From Dehalococcoidia bacterium (lineage in GTDB: Bacteria > Chloroflexota > Dehalococcoidia > UBA2979), in contig WHSU01000010.1 of the NCBI GenBank assembly GCA_009379925.1, forward strand, positions 18,023 to 82,022: a stretch of 64,000 nucleotides of DNA, written 5' to 3'. A program made the position numbers and the translations under genes. The first letter of the stretch is position 1, and each line of letters opens with the position of its first letter. Positions 35,643 through 45,093 of the stretch are shown here, piece by piece. The notes beneath the pieces were generated by a model. The model ran no database searches. It worked only from the letters and a program-made list of their open reading frames with translations, and was not told where the DNA came from.

Positions 35643-36050
35643 ATGGAAGTCGCAGAGAAGATCCTGACCGTCGGTGGCGTCCTCTTGCTGACGTACGCCT
35701 TCTTCACCGGCTTCCTGCTGAGCCGCGCGCGCGACCGGAGCCCAGTTGGACCGAAGTACCTCATCCTCGCGCACACCGAGCCGTTGATGCAGGGAGCGAT
35801 GCTCCTGGGCCTGGTGTGGGCGGTACGCCTGTCGTCCTTGGACGGCCGCGTCGAAGCCGTCGCGGCGGCGCTGCTGGTCGTCGCGGCCTCGATCCAGGGC
35901 GGGAAGGAGCTGCTCAACTGGCGGCAAGGGATCGAGGATGAGTTCGCACACCAGCCGCGGCCGCTGGGCTACTACGCCGCGCGGGTGCAGTCACCGATGG
36001 CGAGCGTCGGCCTGATCATCCTCGTCGTCGGTGTCCTGCTCGGGTTGTAG
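35643..36050 (+). CDS. small integral membrane protein (hypothetical, about 4 TM)
   Basis: 135 aa from 'MEVAEKILTVGGVLLLTYAFFTGFLL'. Four hydrophobic segments. It lies between the dioxygenase and the twin-hydrolase gene on the same strand. Confidence 0.55.
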   Translation: MEVAEKILTVGGVLLLTYAFFTGFLLSRARDRSPVGPKYLILAHTEPLMQGAMLLGLVWAVRLSSLDGRVEAVAAALLVVAASIQGGKELLNWRQGIEDEFAHQPRPLGYYAARVQSPMASVGLIILVVGVLLGL

Positions 36051-36101
36051 GCGCCTCGTGGGCCGGCGGGCGGAGCCGGCGGCGGCCTCTGCGGGGGACA
36101 C

Positions 36102-38837
36102 ATGACGAAGACACACGGGGTCGTCGTGATCCACGGTCAGGGCGAGCACCAGACCCGTGGCGTCTTGCTCGCCGAGCTCACGAATCCGATCGTCGACCTG
36201 CTGCGACAGGCGGGCAACGAGGTCTCATTCGACTTCAACGGCGACTCCGACGTGCCATCGAGCAGCATCGAGGTGACGCGGCCTCCGGGGTGCAGGGACG
36301 CGCTGGACGGCGACGGGCATCACATCTTCGAGTTCCGCGAAGCGTTCTGGGACGATGCGTTTCCGGCACCCCAGGCCGACCTGGTCCGCCGCTGGGCTGT
36401 GGCCGGCCTGGGCGAGCAGATCGACGGGGTCAGACGAGGCTGGTGGAGCAACCCCACCACGGCCCCGTCCGGGTCGAGTCCTAGCCTGCTGAGCGCCGTC
36501 TACCGGCTCTCGCTTATCGTCCTCAGCGCGGCGTTGATGGTGATGTCTGTGCTGACGTTCCTGCTGCTGCGGCCCCTCGCGGCATTCATCGACGCGGCCT
36601 CGCGCACGCCCGGCATGGGCCTGTTCGGCTTGATGCCGCGGATTGCGGACGCCGTTGCGGGACTCGACCCGTTCATGAGCCTGACCCTGGGCGACACCAT
36701 GCGGTTCGTCACGGACGGCGCCTGGGCGACGAACGTGCGCACGCGTGCGGAGGACATCGTCTGCACGTTCCTGGATGGCGACGACGTGGACGACCTCACG
36801 CTCATCGGGTACTCGGCGGGCGCAGGCGTCGCGTACGACATCCTGCTGGAGGGCCGGCGCGTGCCTCGGACGATCCGCGAACGGTCGCGCGACGGCTCAG
36901 CGCCCAAGGCGCTGCGCCTGCTGACGATCGGGAGCGGCCTATTCCACATGTGGTCGTTTGCGCGTCGGGACGACAGCACCGACGCCGAGCGCCGGCGCCT
37001 CTATGAGCGCCAACTCGACCCCGTCGTCACGCGCGTCGACGAGGAGGTACCGCCCTTCCCGTTCTGGACGGACCTGTATGCACGCTTTGACTACATCGCC
37101 GCCGGCGCGATCCGGCGTGAGATCGCCGAGCGTTCCGGGCTGCGCGAAGGCGACCACTACCGTTCGCACCGTGTCGTGAACTATGACCACATCACGGACG
37201 ACCACTTCGGCTACTTCCGCAACAAGGACCTGGCCGTCCCACGCGTCATCGCGGTGCTCTTCGGCTCTGACCGTTGGATGCAGGAGGGACCGTCTGACGA
37301 GGCCGCCGTCGAGGGCGTCACGTACGTGCAGCCCACGAGTCGCGCACTGTCCGTCTTCTGGCTCAATGCCGCCAAGCTGCTCCCGTTCCTGGTCATCGCG
37401 GTGAACGTGATCGCGCTGCGTTTCTCGGGGTGGTGGCACGGTCAGATGGTCGCATTGAGCGACGCGGTGGCGCCGAGTTGGGCCAACGGTGGATGGGTCG
37501 CGATCCCCGAGGAGATGGGCGTCCGGTCAGAATTCGTGATCCTCACGGTCCTACTGTTCGTGTTCTTCTCCATCGTGGCGCGCGGAGTCTACACCTCCTG
37601 GCGCCCGAAGGTGGACGCGCAGGAGGTCCTTGGCGCTCGTCGCGCGCTCGCCGCCATCGGCTCAATCCCGGTCACCGTGGGGCTCTCGATACGCGAGAAC
37701 GCCCCCGGGTACGCGATCTTGCTGGGCGTGGTCTTGCTCCTGGGCGCCGCTGGCCTGTGGTACTACGTGCCCGCGCAGGTGCGCGACGGAGCGCTGACGC
37801 TCAAGACCGGCGCGCACGACCTCGCCGGCGGCATTGAAGTCGTCGATGTCACGGGCCACCAGGTCGCGCTCAGCGGCCCGCGCGACGCCATCGAGCACCC
37901 CGGCGTCCTCGGGCTGCAGTGGGAAGGCGGCTACGGCCAGGTCGGCGCGATCGTCCGGACGCATGACGACCGCGTCGTGCGACGATTCATCCCACAGGGA
38001 GCGGCAAGCTCCGATGCGAGTGCGCTGCCGCCGCGGGGGAATGCGCGCCTCGACACGTTCGCCTTTCAGGGCGATCCGCTGAGCGCGCGGCAGATACCCT
38101 TCCGGGAGACCGAGTACGCGGCGCCGTCCGGTCCTCAACGCGCGTGGGTCGTGGACGGCGGTGGAACCTGGGTGATCGTCGTGCATGGTAAGGGCGCGAC
38201 CCGGGCGGAGGGGCTGCGGATCCTGCCGACGCTGGCGGGCCTGGACCTGACCACGATGCTGATCACGTACCGCAACGACCGCGAGTCGATCCTCGACCCG
38301 GACGCCCAGTACGAGTATGGCGCCACCGAGTGGGAGGACCTGGAGGCGGCCGTCCGCTACGCGCTGGACCAGGGCGCGTCGGACATCGTGCTGTACGGCT
38401 ACAGCATGGGTGGCTCGATCGTGGCATCGTTCCTCGAGCGCTCGGAACTGGCGTCGAGCACACGCGCCGTGGTGCTGGACGCCCCGATGCTGGACTTTGC
38501 GCCGACGGTCGACCTGGGGATCAGCGGTGACCCGCTCATCGGGGCGTTCGCGAGTCCAATGCGGGTGATTGCCGGGTTACGGCTCGGGATCGACTGGGAG
38601 GAACTCGACTACCTCGACGAGGATGCAGAGCAGCTGGTCGCCCCAATCCTCCTGTTCCATGGTGACGCCGACGATGTGGTGCCGGTGGAGACGAGCCGCG
38701 AGCTGGCGTCGCTGCGCCCCGAGTTGGTCATCTACGTCGAGGTGGAAGACGCCGGTCACACTAGAGCCTGGAACGCGAACCCGGAGGCGTACGAGGCACA
38801 GGTGCGGGAATTCCTGTCCACACAACTACAGAGGTGA
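36102..38837 (+). CDS. polytopic membrane protein with two alpha/beta-hydrolase modules (N-terminal split lipase-like, C-terminal S9/BAAT-like)
   Basis: 911 aa. The N-module has 'HGVVVIHGQGEHQTRG' and 'LTLIGYSAGAGVAYDILL' (Ser codon 36813-36815), with TM helices inserted ('LIVLSAALMVMSVLTFLLL'). The middle holds about 5 more TM helices (res about 420-570). The C-module has 'WVIVVHGKGATRAEG', 'IVLYGYSMGGSIVASF' (Ser 38403-38405), 'LLFHGDADDVVP' and 'DAGHTRAWN'. Confidence 0.8.
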   Translation: MTKTHGVVVIHGQGEHQTRGVLLAELTNPIVDLLRQAGNEVSFDFNGDSDVPSSSIEVTRPPGCRDALDGDGHHIFEFREAFWDDAFPAPQADLVRRWAVAGLGEQIDGVRRGWWSNPTTAPSGSSPSLLSAVYRLSLIVLSAALMVMSVLTFLLLRPLAAFIDAASRTPGMGLFGLMPRIADAVAGLDPFMSLTLGDTMRFVTDGAWATNVRTRAEDIVCTFLDGDDVDDLTLIGYSAGAGVAYDILLEGRRVPRTIRERSRDGSAPKALRLLTIGSGLFHMWSFARRDDSTDAERRRLYERQLDPVVTRVDEEVPPFPFWTDLYARFDYIAAGAIRREIAERSGLREGDHYRSHRVVNYDHITDDHFGYFRNKDLAVPRVIAVLFGSDRWMQEGPSDEAAVEGVTYVQPTSRALSVFWLNAAKLLPFLVIAVNVIALRFSGWWHGQMVALSDAVAPSWANGGWVAIPEEMGVRSEFVILTVLLFVFFSIVARGVYTSWRPKVDAQEVLGARRALAAIGSIPVTVGLSIRENAPGYAILLGVVLLLGAAGLWYYVPAQVRDGALTLKTGAHDLAGGIEVVDVTGHQVALSGPRDAIEHPGVLGLQWEGGYGQVGAIVRTHDDRVVRRFIPQGAASSDASALPPRGNARLDTFAFQGDPLSARQIPFRETEYAAPSGPQRAWVVDGGGTWVIVVHGKGATRAEGLRILPTLAGLDLTTMLITYRNDRESILDPDAQYEYGATEWEDLEAAVRYALDQGASDIVLYGYSMGGSIVASFLERSELASSTRAVVLDAPMLDFAPTVDLGISGDPLIGAFASPMRVIAGLRLGIDWEELDYLDEDAEQLVAPILLFHGDADDVVPVETSRELASLRPELVIYVEVEDAGHTRAWNANPEAYEAQVREFLSTQLQR

Positions 38838-38895
38838 CCTGCGGCCTTGCAGTGCTGATCTGAACGTGCGGGCGCGGGACGAGACGGAGGTCAGG

Positions 38896-40245
38896 ATGTC
38901 AGACGACCAAAACGCCGGGCTGCGGTCCGCGCTCGACTACCCCCTCTTCGAAGCGATGTTCAACCGGCGGTCCCGGCGGATCAGCAAGGGAATCGCCTCC
39001 GTGCCGGCGGGCAGCCTCAGTTACACCTCCACGCAGGAGCCTGAACCGCTGACCCCCCTGGAGGAGGCACTGCTCATTGCGGCGACCGGCACGACGGGGC
39101 TCGTCCTGCCGGACATGCCATACCAGAACGAACGGGGCGAGGACGTGCTGGGGTCGCCCATGCTCAACATGCTCGGCCGCACGGCTGGTAGCCCGGACAA
39201 TGCACAGGCAACGCACTTCTTCCTGATCAACGACAGTGGCACGTACTTCCTCAGACCACCGGATGATGTCGAGCCCGGCGTCCTGAGTACGAGCGAGCTC
39301 ACGGCCGACGGGCTGGTCGCGTACGCCGAGCGGTGTAAGGTGAAGGTGCTTGACCACCGTCTCGACTTCCCTCGGGAGTTCCCTTGCTACCTCGGCAGCA
39401 ATCGACACGTGTCGAACGTGGACGGTAGCACCGTGCTGGTCCCGATCGTCGACCTCACGAGGCAGTACATCAACGGGTTCTTCTTCCTGTTCTCGCAGGA
39501 TCCGGGCTACCGTCCGGTCTTCCTGGATGACTGGAACTTCTACCGAAAGGCCGGGCTCGGAAAGTGGGTCAACAACGGGTTTCTGAATGAGGACCTGCCA
39601 TTGCCGCTCGGCATGCTGGGGAGCTTCCGGATCCCGATCGAGGCGGACCTGCTGGTCCAGAACCTGCTGCTCACCATCCAGGCGATGGGCCTCGGGGGGT
39701 GGGTCCACGCGGCGTTCCACGCGCCCTTGCTGTTGGGCGACCCCGAGTACGAACGGTACGGCCCTGGCCTCCAGTTCCGCTTCCACCACCCGAACAAGTT
39801 CTGGCGCCGGCTGCTGCGGCCGATCACGCCGCTCCCGGCGTGGCGCCCCAACCCCGTTGGGCTGGACGGTCTGCTCGAGGGCTGTTGCCCTCCCTACATG
39901 GAGGACATGGACGCCGCCGTGGACGCGGTACTCGCCGACAAATACGGCGAAGACGGCGTCTATCGGGACTCCGCGCTGTTCGCCCGCCTGTACAAGGACG
40001 ACTATGGTGAGCGATTCCTGGAGGAAGTCCCGCGGGACGTGGACGAGGTTATCGCCTGCACTCGGGCGGTATGCAACTACATCTACGACACGTACGGCCG
40101 CTTCCCCGCGCACGTAGATGCGATGCACGTGCCCGGCATCTGGGTGCAGGCGCATCACCTGGATCTCGCGTATTACGACCAGCTCTTCCGTAACGGATAC
40201 ACCCAGACACAGGCGGACCACGATGGGCGCTGGCACTCCGGCTAG
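38896..40245 (+). CDS. nitroreductase-superfamily-like protein (hypothetical, 449 aa)
   Basis: 'LFEAMFNRRSRRISKG' (the RRS.R motif common at nitroreductase N-termini) and 'LLVQNLLLTIQAMGLGGWVHA' (core helix pattern). It is much longer than classical nitroreductases. The assignment is tentative. Confidence 0.5.
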   Translation: MSDDQNAGLRSALDYPLFEAMFNRRSRRISKGIASVPAGSLSYTSTQEPEPLTPLEEALLIAATGTTGLVLPDMPYQNERGEDVLGSPMLNMLGRTAGSPDNAQATHFFLINDSGTYFLRPPDDVEPGVLSTSELTADGLVAYAERCKVKVLDHRLDFPREFPCYLGSNRHVSNVDGSTVLVPIVDLTRQYINGFFFLFSQDPGYRPVFLDDWNFYRKAGLGKWVNNGFLNEDLPLPLGMLGSFRIPIEADLLVQNLLLTIQAMGLGGWVHAAFHAPLLLGDPEYERYGPGLQFRFHHPNKFWRRLLRPITPLPAWRPNPVGLDGLLEGCCPPYMEDMDAAVDAVLADKYGEDGVYRDSALFARLYKDDYGERFLEEVPRDVDEVIACTRAVCNYIYDTYGRFPAHVDAMHVPGIWVQAHHLDLAYYDQLFRNGYTQTQADHDGRWHSG

Positions 40246-40261
40246 TCACGCGCCTCGATCG

Positions 40262-40404
40262 CCGCGGGGAGAGCTCCGAGTCTCGACTGAGGAGCAGACC
40301 GAGGGCACTCGCCGGACGCCCGCGTCGGGAAATCCGACGGCACGGCGAGGCGTCACGGGTTCACCCTCGAACGCGTCTATACCGACGAGATCCCCCGCGC
40401 CTAG
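40262..40404 (+). mobile_element. relic of a serine recombinase gene (N-terminal catalytic motif only, frameshifted and truncated)
   Basis: One frame reads 'RGELRVSTEEQTEG', the catalytic-Ser motif Y/L-RVST-EEQ. After a 1-nt shift it reads 'HSPDARVGKSDGTARRHGFTLERVYTDEI'. That matches the resolvase pattern G-(Y/H)-S-L-(D/E)-A-Q...G(W/F)......Y.De with correct spacing. No start codon is present, and it ends against the acyl-CoA dehydrogenase stop. Confidence 0.4.
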
Positions 40405-41642
40405 CCGCGCGGCAGGCCGAGCCCCCGCGTCGCGATGATGTTGCGCTGGATTTCCGACGTGCCCTGGCCGATGGTGCGCATCACGGTCCCGATGTATGAG
40501 TGGGACACGGCTGCATCCACCGGCGTCCACGCCTGCGCACCGTCCCAAAAATTGCTGTACAGCCCGAACACCTTCGTACCGGTGTTTGCGATGCGCTGGT
40601 CCATCTCCGAAGAGAAGACCTTCGAGACCGACGCCTCGTGGTTCGGGATCTGGTCCCGAGACTGCATCGAGATGATCCGGAAGGAGAAGTTGAACATCAC
40701 CTCTGTCTCGATGTAACGGTCGGCCACTTGCAGCTTGACCGCGGGATTGTCCATGCGGCGGGTCGCCACCTCGTGCCCGTGTGCGGCGCGGACCAATCGG
40801 TCGAGGTTTCGGCGTGCCGAAACGGCGCCGCTGATGTTCGAGCGTTCGAAGTCGAGCAGGGTCATGCCTACGTACCAACCGCGGTTTTCCTCGCCCACGC
40901 GGTTCTCGACTGGCACACGAGCGTCTTCGAAGAACACTTCGTTGAAGCCGCGCTCCCAGGCCATGTTGACCAGCGGACGCACAGCGATACCGGGTGTCTT
41001 CATGTCGATCATCAAGAACGAGATGCCGCGATGCTTCGGCGCATCCGGGTCCGTGCGGACGAGTGCGAAGATCCAGTCGGCGACGTGCGCGCCGGATGTC
41101 CAGATCTTCTGGCCGTTGACCACGTATTCATCCCCGTCGCGCATCGCGCGCGTCGTGAGGGCGGCGAGGTCGGAGCCGGCGCTAGGCTCTGAGTACCCTT
41201 GCGCCCAGGCGATCTGGCCGGACAGCACCTTCGGTAGGTGTTCCCCCCGCTGCTCCTCGGTCCCGTGGACGATGAGCGTCGGACCCAGGCGCGAAACGCC
41301 CGAACCGCCGACCCCGCTCACCCCAGCGCGGGCCATCTCCATGTTGTAGATAAACTGCTCCATCGGGCTGAGCCCGGCGCCGCCGTACTCCTTCGGCCAG
41401 TTCGGAGCGACCCACCCCTTGGAGGCCAGCGCGTCGGCCCAATCTCGAGCAGCCTGTCGGATCGCCGGATCTTCTGACTTTCTGTCAAGCTGCCAGGCGG
41501 AAGTGGCAACCTGGCCGCCGCCGCCTTCGTCACCGTCCTCGTCAGCCTGCGGTCGGCGATACCGTGAAGGTACCTGCGTCTGAATGAACTTACGCACCTC
41601 GTCACGGAAGGCACCCTGTTCCGGCGTGTCATTCCAGTCCAT
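40401..41642 (-). CDS. acyl-CoA dehydrogenase family protein
   Basis: 413 aa. 'AQGYSEPSAGSDLAAL', 'VVNGQKIWTSGAH' and the C-terminal 'GTSEIQRNIIA' are classical ACAD motifs. Confidence 0.92.
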   Translation of the reverse strand: MDWNDTPEQGAFRDEVRKFIQTQVPSRYRRPQADEDGDEGGGGQVATSAWQLDRKSEDPAIRQAARDWADALASKGWVAPNWPKEYGGAGLSPMEQFIYNMEMARAGVSGVGGSGVSRLGPTLIVHGTEEQRGEHLPKVLSGQIAWAQGYSEPSAGSDLAALTTRAMRDGDEYVVNGQKIWTSGAHVADWIFALVRTDPDAPKHRGISFLMIDMKTPGIAVRPLVNMAWERGFNEVFFEDARVPVENRVGEENRGWYVGMTLLDFERSNISGAVSARRNLDRLVRAAHGHEVATRRMDNPAVKLQVADRYIETEVMFNFSFRIISMQSRDQIPNHEASVSKVFSSEMDQRIANTGTKVFGLYSNFWDGAQAWTPVDAAVSHSYIGTVMRTIGQGTSEIQRNIIATRGLGLPRG

Positions 41643-41736
41643 CGGTCACTATCCCCTTCAATGTCCTTAGGAGTCCACACACGGACGTTGGACATGCGGC
41701 CGCAACGCTTGCCCTCGGCGTCTTCGGCACTTCGAA

Positions 41737-42663
41737 TCAGGAGCTGCCGGCACCACCCCTACGACCGGATGCACCCCGGAGCCGGGGGTCCATCGTGTCA
41801 CGGAGGAAGTCCCCAAACATGTTCGCGGTGATTACCGTGAGCGTGAGCATCGTTGCCGGCGCGATCAGCATCCAGGGCTGTCGGAGGATGTAGGCGCGGC
41901 CGTCGATGCTCATCATCCCGCCCCACGTGGGTGTCGGTGGTTGCACGCCGAGGCCGAGGAAGCTGAGCGACGCCTCCGCCGTGATGTAGCCGCCTACAGC
42001 GAGTGTGGAGGTAACAATCGACACTGCGATCACGTTCGGCACGATGTGCCGCACCATCACGCGGACGGGCGAGGCGCCCAGGGAAACCGCGCCGAGAATG
42101 TAGTCCTCGGTCTTGGTCGACAGGATCACGGAGCGCATCACGCGAGTGCCAGTGATCGCCGCCCTTACCCCCAGGATCACGGCGATCGTGAACACGCTCG
42201 GCCCAAAGATCGTGACCAGGACCAGGAGCAGCACCAGCCCCGGGAGGGCCATGTTCACGTCGACGATCCTGTTCCAGACATAGTCCCACTTGCCACCGGC
42301 GTAGGTGAAGACGAGCGCGAGTCCCAGCGCGCCCGCGCTTCCCACGAACGCGGCGACGAAGCCGACAGTCAGCGACGTGCGCCCACCGTACAGCGTGCGC
42401 GTAAACACATCCCGGCCGTATTGATCCGTTCCCGCCAGGTGGCTCAGGCTCGGTGCGGCGATGTTGGTGTCTCCCAGAGCGTTCGGCTGGTACGGCAAAA
42501 ACATCGGGCCCACGAACGACGCCAGAACGATCACGACCAACACGACACCTGATGAGATCCCTACTGGATCGCGCTGAATGAACCGGACCAGCCACCGGGC
42601 CGTTCGCGCGGCCCGCCCGGAGGTGAACACACGAGGCTGAGCGGACGGTGCGGTGACAGCCAT
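41737..42663 (-). CDS. ABC transporter permease (DppC/OppC-like)
   Basis: 308 aa with 'HLAGTDQYGRDVFTRTLYGGRTSL' and 'GDFLRDTMDPRLR'. Confidence 0.92.
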   Translation of the reverse strand: MAVTAPSAQPRVFTSGRAARTARWLVRFIQRDPVGISSGVVLVVIVLASFVGPMFLPYQPNALGDTNIAAPSLSHLAGTDQYGRDVFTRTLYGGRTSLTVGFVAAFVGSAGALGLALVFTYAGGKWDYVWNRIVDVNMALPGLVLLLVLVTIFGPSVFTIAVILGVRAAITGTRVMRSVILSTKTEDYILGAVSLGASPVRVMVRHIVPNVIAVSIVTSTLAVGGYITAEASLSFLGLGVQPPTPTWGGMMSIDGRAYILRQPWMLIAPATMLTLTVITANMFGDFLRDTMDPRLRGASGRRGGAGSS

Positions 42664-42737
42664 GTTCTCTCCCTTTAAGACTCCGAGGGACGGCGTCCCT
42701 CGGCTCGCGGTACGTCAGCTGGCTGGTCTGGGCTGCG

Positions 42738-43685
42738 CTAGGAGAGCCTGATCCGGGGGTTGATGTAGCCGTACAGGATGTCGACTCCCAGGTTGGCCAG
42801 GGCCACGATGGTGCCTCCAACGAGGGTCAGCCCCTGTACGACGGGCCAATCACGCTCGGCGATCTTCTGGATAAGGAGCGTGCCGACGCCGGGGATCGAG
42901 AACACCTGCTCGGTGATGATCGAGCCGTTCAGCAGGAAGGCGATCTGGACGCCGAGCAACGTCACCACAGGCATCAATGAGTTCCGCAGAACGTGCCGAT
43001 AGATCACCGTCCCCTCGGGGAGTCCCTTCGACCGTGCGGTGCGGACATAGTCCTCGTTCATCACCTCCAGCGTTGCGGTCCGTGTCAGCCGAGCGATCGC
43101 CGCCGACAGTGCGGTCGCGAGCGTTAGCACCGGCGCCAGGAAGAAGAAGAAGCCCGCGACAGGATCATCGAACATCGAGGTGTAGCGCAGCGGGGGGGTC
43201 CATCGCCAGAAGTATGCCGGCAGTATCACCACGACCGTCGCGACCACGAAGTTGGGAACACCCAGGGAGGTGTTAACCATCAACCGGGCCATGTAGTCCC
43301 AGATGGAGTTGCGCTTGACCGCTGACAGCACCCCCACGGCGACGCCCAGGACCCCGCTGATCAGCATCGCCATCACCGCGAGCTGGATCGTCGGGAGCGC
43401 CCGGCCCCGGATGATCGGCCACACGTCCTGGTCCGCGTACAGCGACGTGCCCAGGCTGCCGTCAGCGATGCTGAGGAGGTAGTCGAAGTACGCCTCGGGG
43501 ATGCTGCGATTCATCCCCAGTCGCTCCTCGATCTCCTCGACGTTCTGCAGCGACGTGCTCGAGTCGACCAGCATCGCATCGACGGCCGTGCCAGGAATGA
43601 GCCTGGTGAAGACGCTAACAGCGAAGATCAGAAGGAGGATCGTGGGGATGGATCCCGCGACCCGGCGTAGGGTGTACTGAAGCAA
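42738..43685 (-). CDS. ABC transporter permease (DppB/OppB-like)
   Basis: 'LQYTLRRVAGSIPTILLLIFAVSVFTRLIPG' and '...VDILYGYINPRIRLS'. The probable start is the TTG at 43685. The ORF track runs to 43898, but that extension is Arg/Pro-rich and non-homologous. Confidence 0.88.
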   Translation of the reverse strand: MLQYTLRRVAGSIPTILLLIFAVSVFTRLIPGTAVDAMLVDSSTSLQNVEEIEERLGMNRSIPEAYFDYLLSIADGSLGTSLYADQDVWPIIRGRALPTIQLAVMAMLISGVLGVAVGVLSAVKRNSIWDYMARLMVNTSLGVPNFVVATVVVILPAYFWRWTPPLRYTSMFDDPVAGFFFFLAPVLTLATALSAAIARLTRTATLEVMNEDYVRTARSKGLPEGTVIYRHVLRNSLMPVVTLLGVQIAFLLNGSIITEQVFSIPGVGTLLIQKIAERDWPVVQGLTLVGGTIVALANLGVDILYGYINPRIRLS

Positions 43686-44001
43686 TGCAAACTCCCCAAC
43701 CCTCTTGCCAGCTTGAGCGCCAGGCCCACCGAGGGGGCGCATGCGGCCGGGACACGCGCCCGGGGCAGGTGGGCTCGCTAGTCGCCACGCTACATGACCG
43801 GCTTTATGTGTCAATTCCGTGCGTGATGTACCGGGGGAGGCTTCCGATGTACGCTCCGCTCGACCCGGGCTTCGACAGAAGGAGCCTTCCCACTCCAATG
43901 ACCCGCCGCACTACGCAGAGGCATTTGTCAGCTCGATGGAAGAGATCTCCGTAGTAGTGTCCGGATCACGAACAGCAGTCAGATCGGAGGCAGCCGGGAT
44001 C

Positions 44002-44787
44002 ATGGCAGGAGCTGAGATCGAGGTCAGAGGGTACGCGTTGATCGTGACGATGAACCGACCCGAGGCGATGAACGCACTGAACGGGGAGGTCCGCGCCGGG
44101 ATACTGGACGGGCTTCGACGGGCTCAACAGGATCCCGAGATCCGGGCGGTCATCATCACGGGCGCGGGGGACCGCGCTTTCAGCGCCGGCGCCGACCTGA
44201 AGGAGCGCGCGGCGCAGAATGACGCGGGAGGCACCCAGCCAGGCGCCTTCTGGGACCCCGGAGATCCGCAGTTGCAGCGCGGTTTGGAGTTCTGGAAACC
44301 TACCATTGCCGCCGTAAACGGGTTCGCGCTAGGCGGCGGGTGCGAGTTGGCAATGGCCTGCGACATCCGTGTCGCCTCGGACCGCGCGGTCTTCGGTCAG
44401 CCGGAGGTGACGCGCGGCGCGATCCCGGGTGCCGGCGGTACACAGCGCCTGCCCCGGCTGATCCCCTTCGGCGTCGCCCTCGAACTGCTCATGACCGGCC
44501 GACACATCGACGCGCAGGAGGCCCATCGCCTCGGCCTCGTGAACCACGTGGTGCCGCACGAGCAGTTGCTCGATAAGGCCATCAGCATCGCAGAGGAGAT
44601 TGCGGCGAACGCGCCGCTGGCCGTCATGGCGGCCAAGGAGGCGGCCTACCGTGGCCGGGAGCAATCGCTGCTGGATGGGCTCCGCCTCGAGGGCCTGGAG
44701 AACCGTATCGTGCGGGCATCTGAGGACGCCCGAGAGGGGCCACGCGCCTTCGCGGAGAAGAGGAAGCCGAACTACCGTGGGGTCTGA
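44002..44787 (+). CDS. enoyl-CoA hydratase/isomerase (crotonase) family protein
   Basis: 'IVTMNRPEAMNALN...VIITGAGDRAFSAGADLKE...PTIAAVNGFALGGGCELAMACDIRVAS...FGQPEV..G..PG.GGTQRLPR' are crotonase oxyanion-hole motifs. Confidence 0.92.
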   Translation: MAGAEIEVRGYALIVTMNRPEAMNALNGEVRAGILDGLRRAQQDPEIRAVIITGAGDRAFSAGADLKERAAQNDAGGTQPGAFWDPGDPQLQRGLEFWKPTIAAVNGFALGGGCELAMACDIRVASDRAVFGQPEVTRGAIPGAGGTQRLPRLIPFGVALELLMTGRHIDAQEAHRLGLVNHVVPHEQLLDKAISIAEEIAANAPLAVMAAKEAAYRGREQSLLDGLRLEGLENRIVRASEDAREGPRAFAEKRKPNYRGV

Positions 44788-45093
44788 GGTCAGAGAGTAT
44801 CGTCGGTACCGGGCCGAGGCGAGCCAGCGGTCCCCATTTCTTTTGTGGTGACTCATACATCTCGAATGAGATATACCAACAGCCGTTCGCGGCATTCGCT
44901 CGGGACTCCCATCTCTGGTGTGATTTCGTACCATCGTGAACGTCAATCCCGAGAAAACCGTTCTAGTTGTGCAAGTTCAATCAATCACGATCTTGACCCA
45001 TGAGGACGCGGCAATAACACTCCCGATAGGAACGGACACGTATCGTTGGGGCCTTCGCAGCGAACTCCGGGCAGATCGAGGGGACTGAGCGCC

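Noticed and set aside
38899-40236. 445-aa ORF antisense to the nitroreductase-like gene
   Set aside because: Same reasoning: a shadow ORF with no start context and no recognisable domain, whereas the sense frame carries the 'RRSRR' and 'LQAMGLGGW' motifs.
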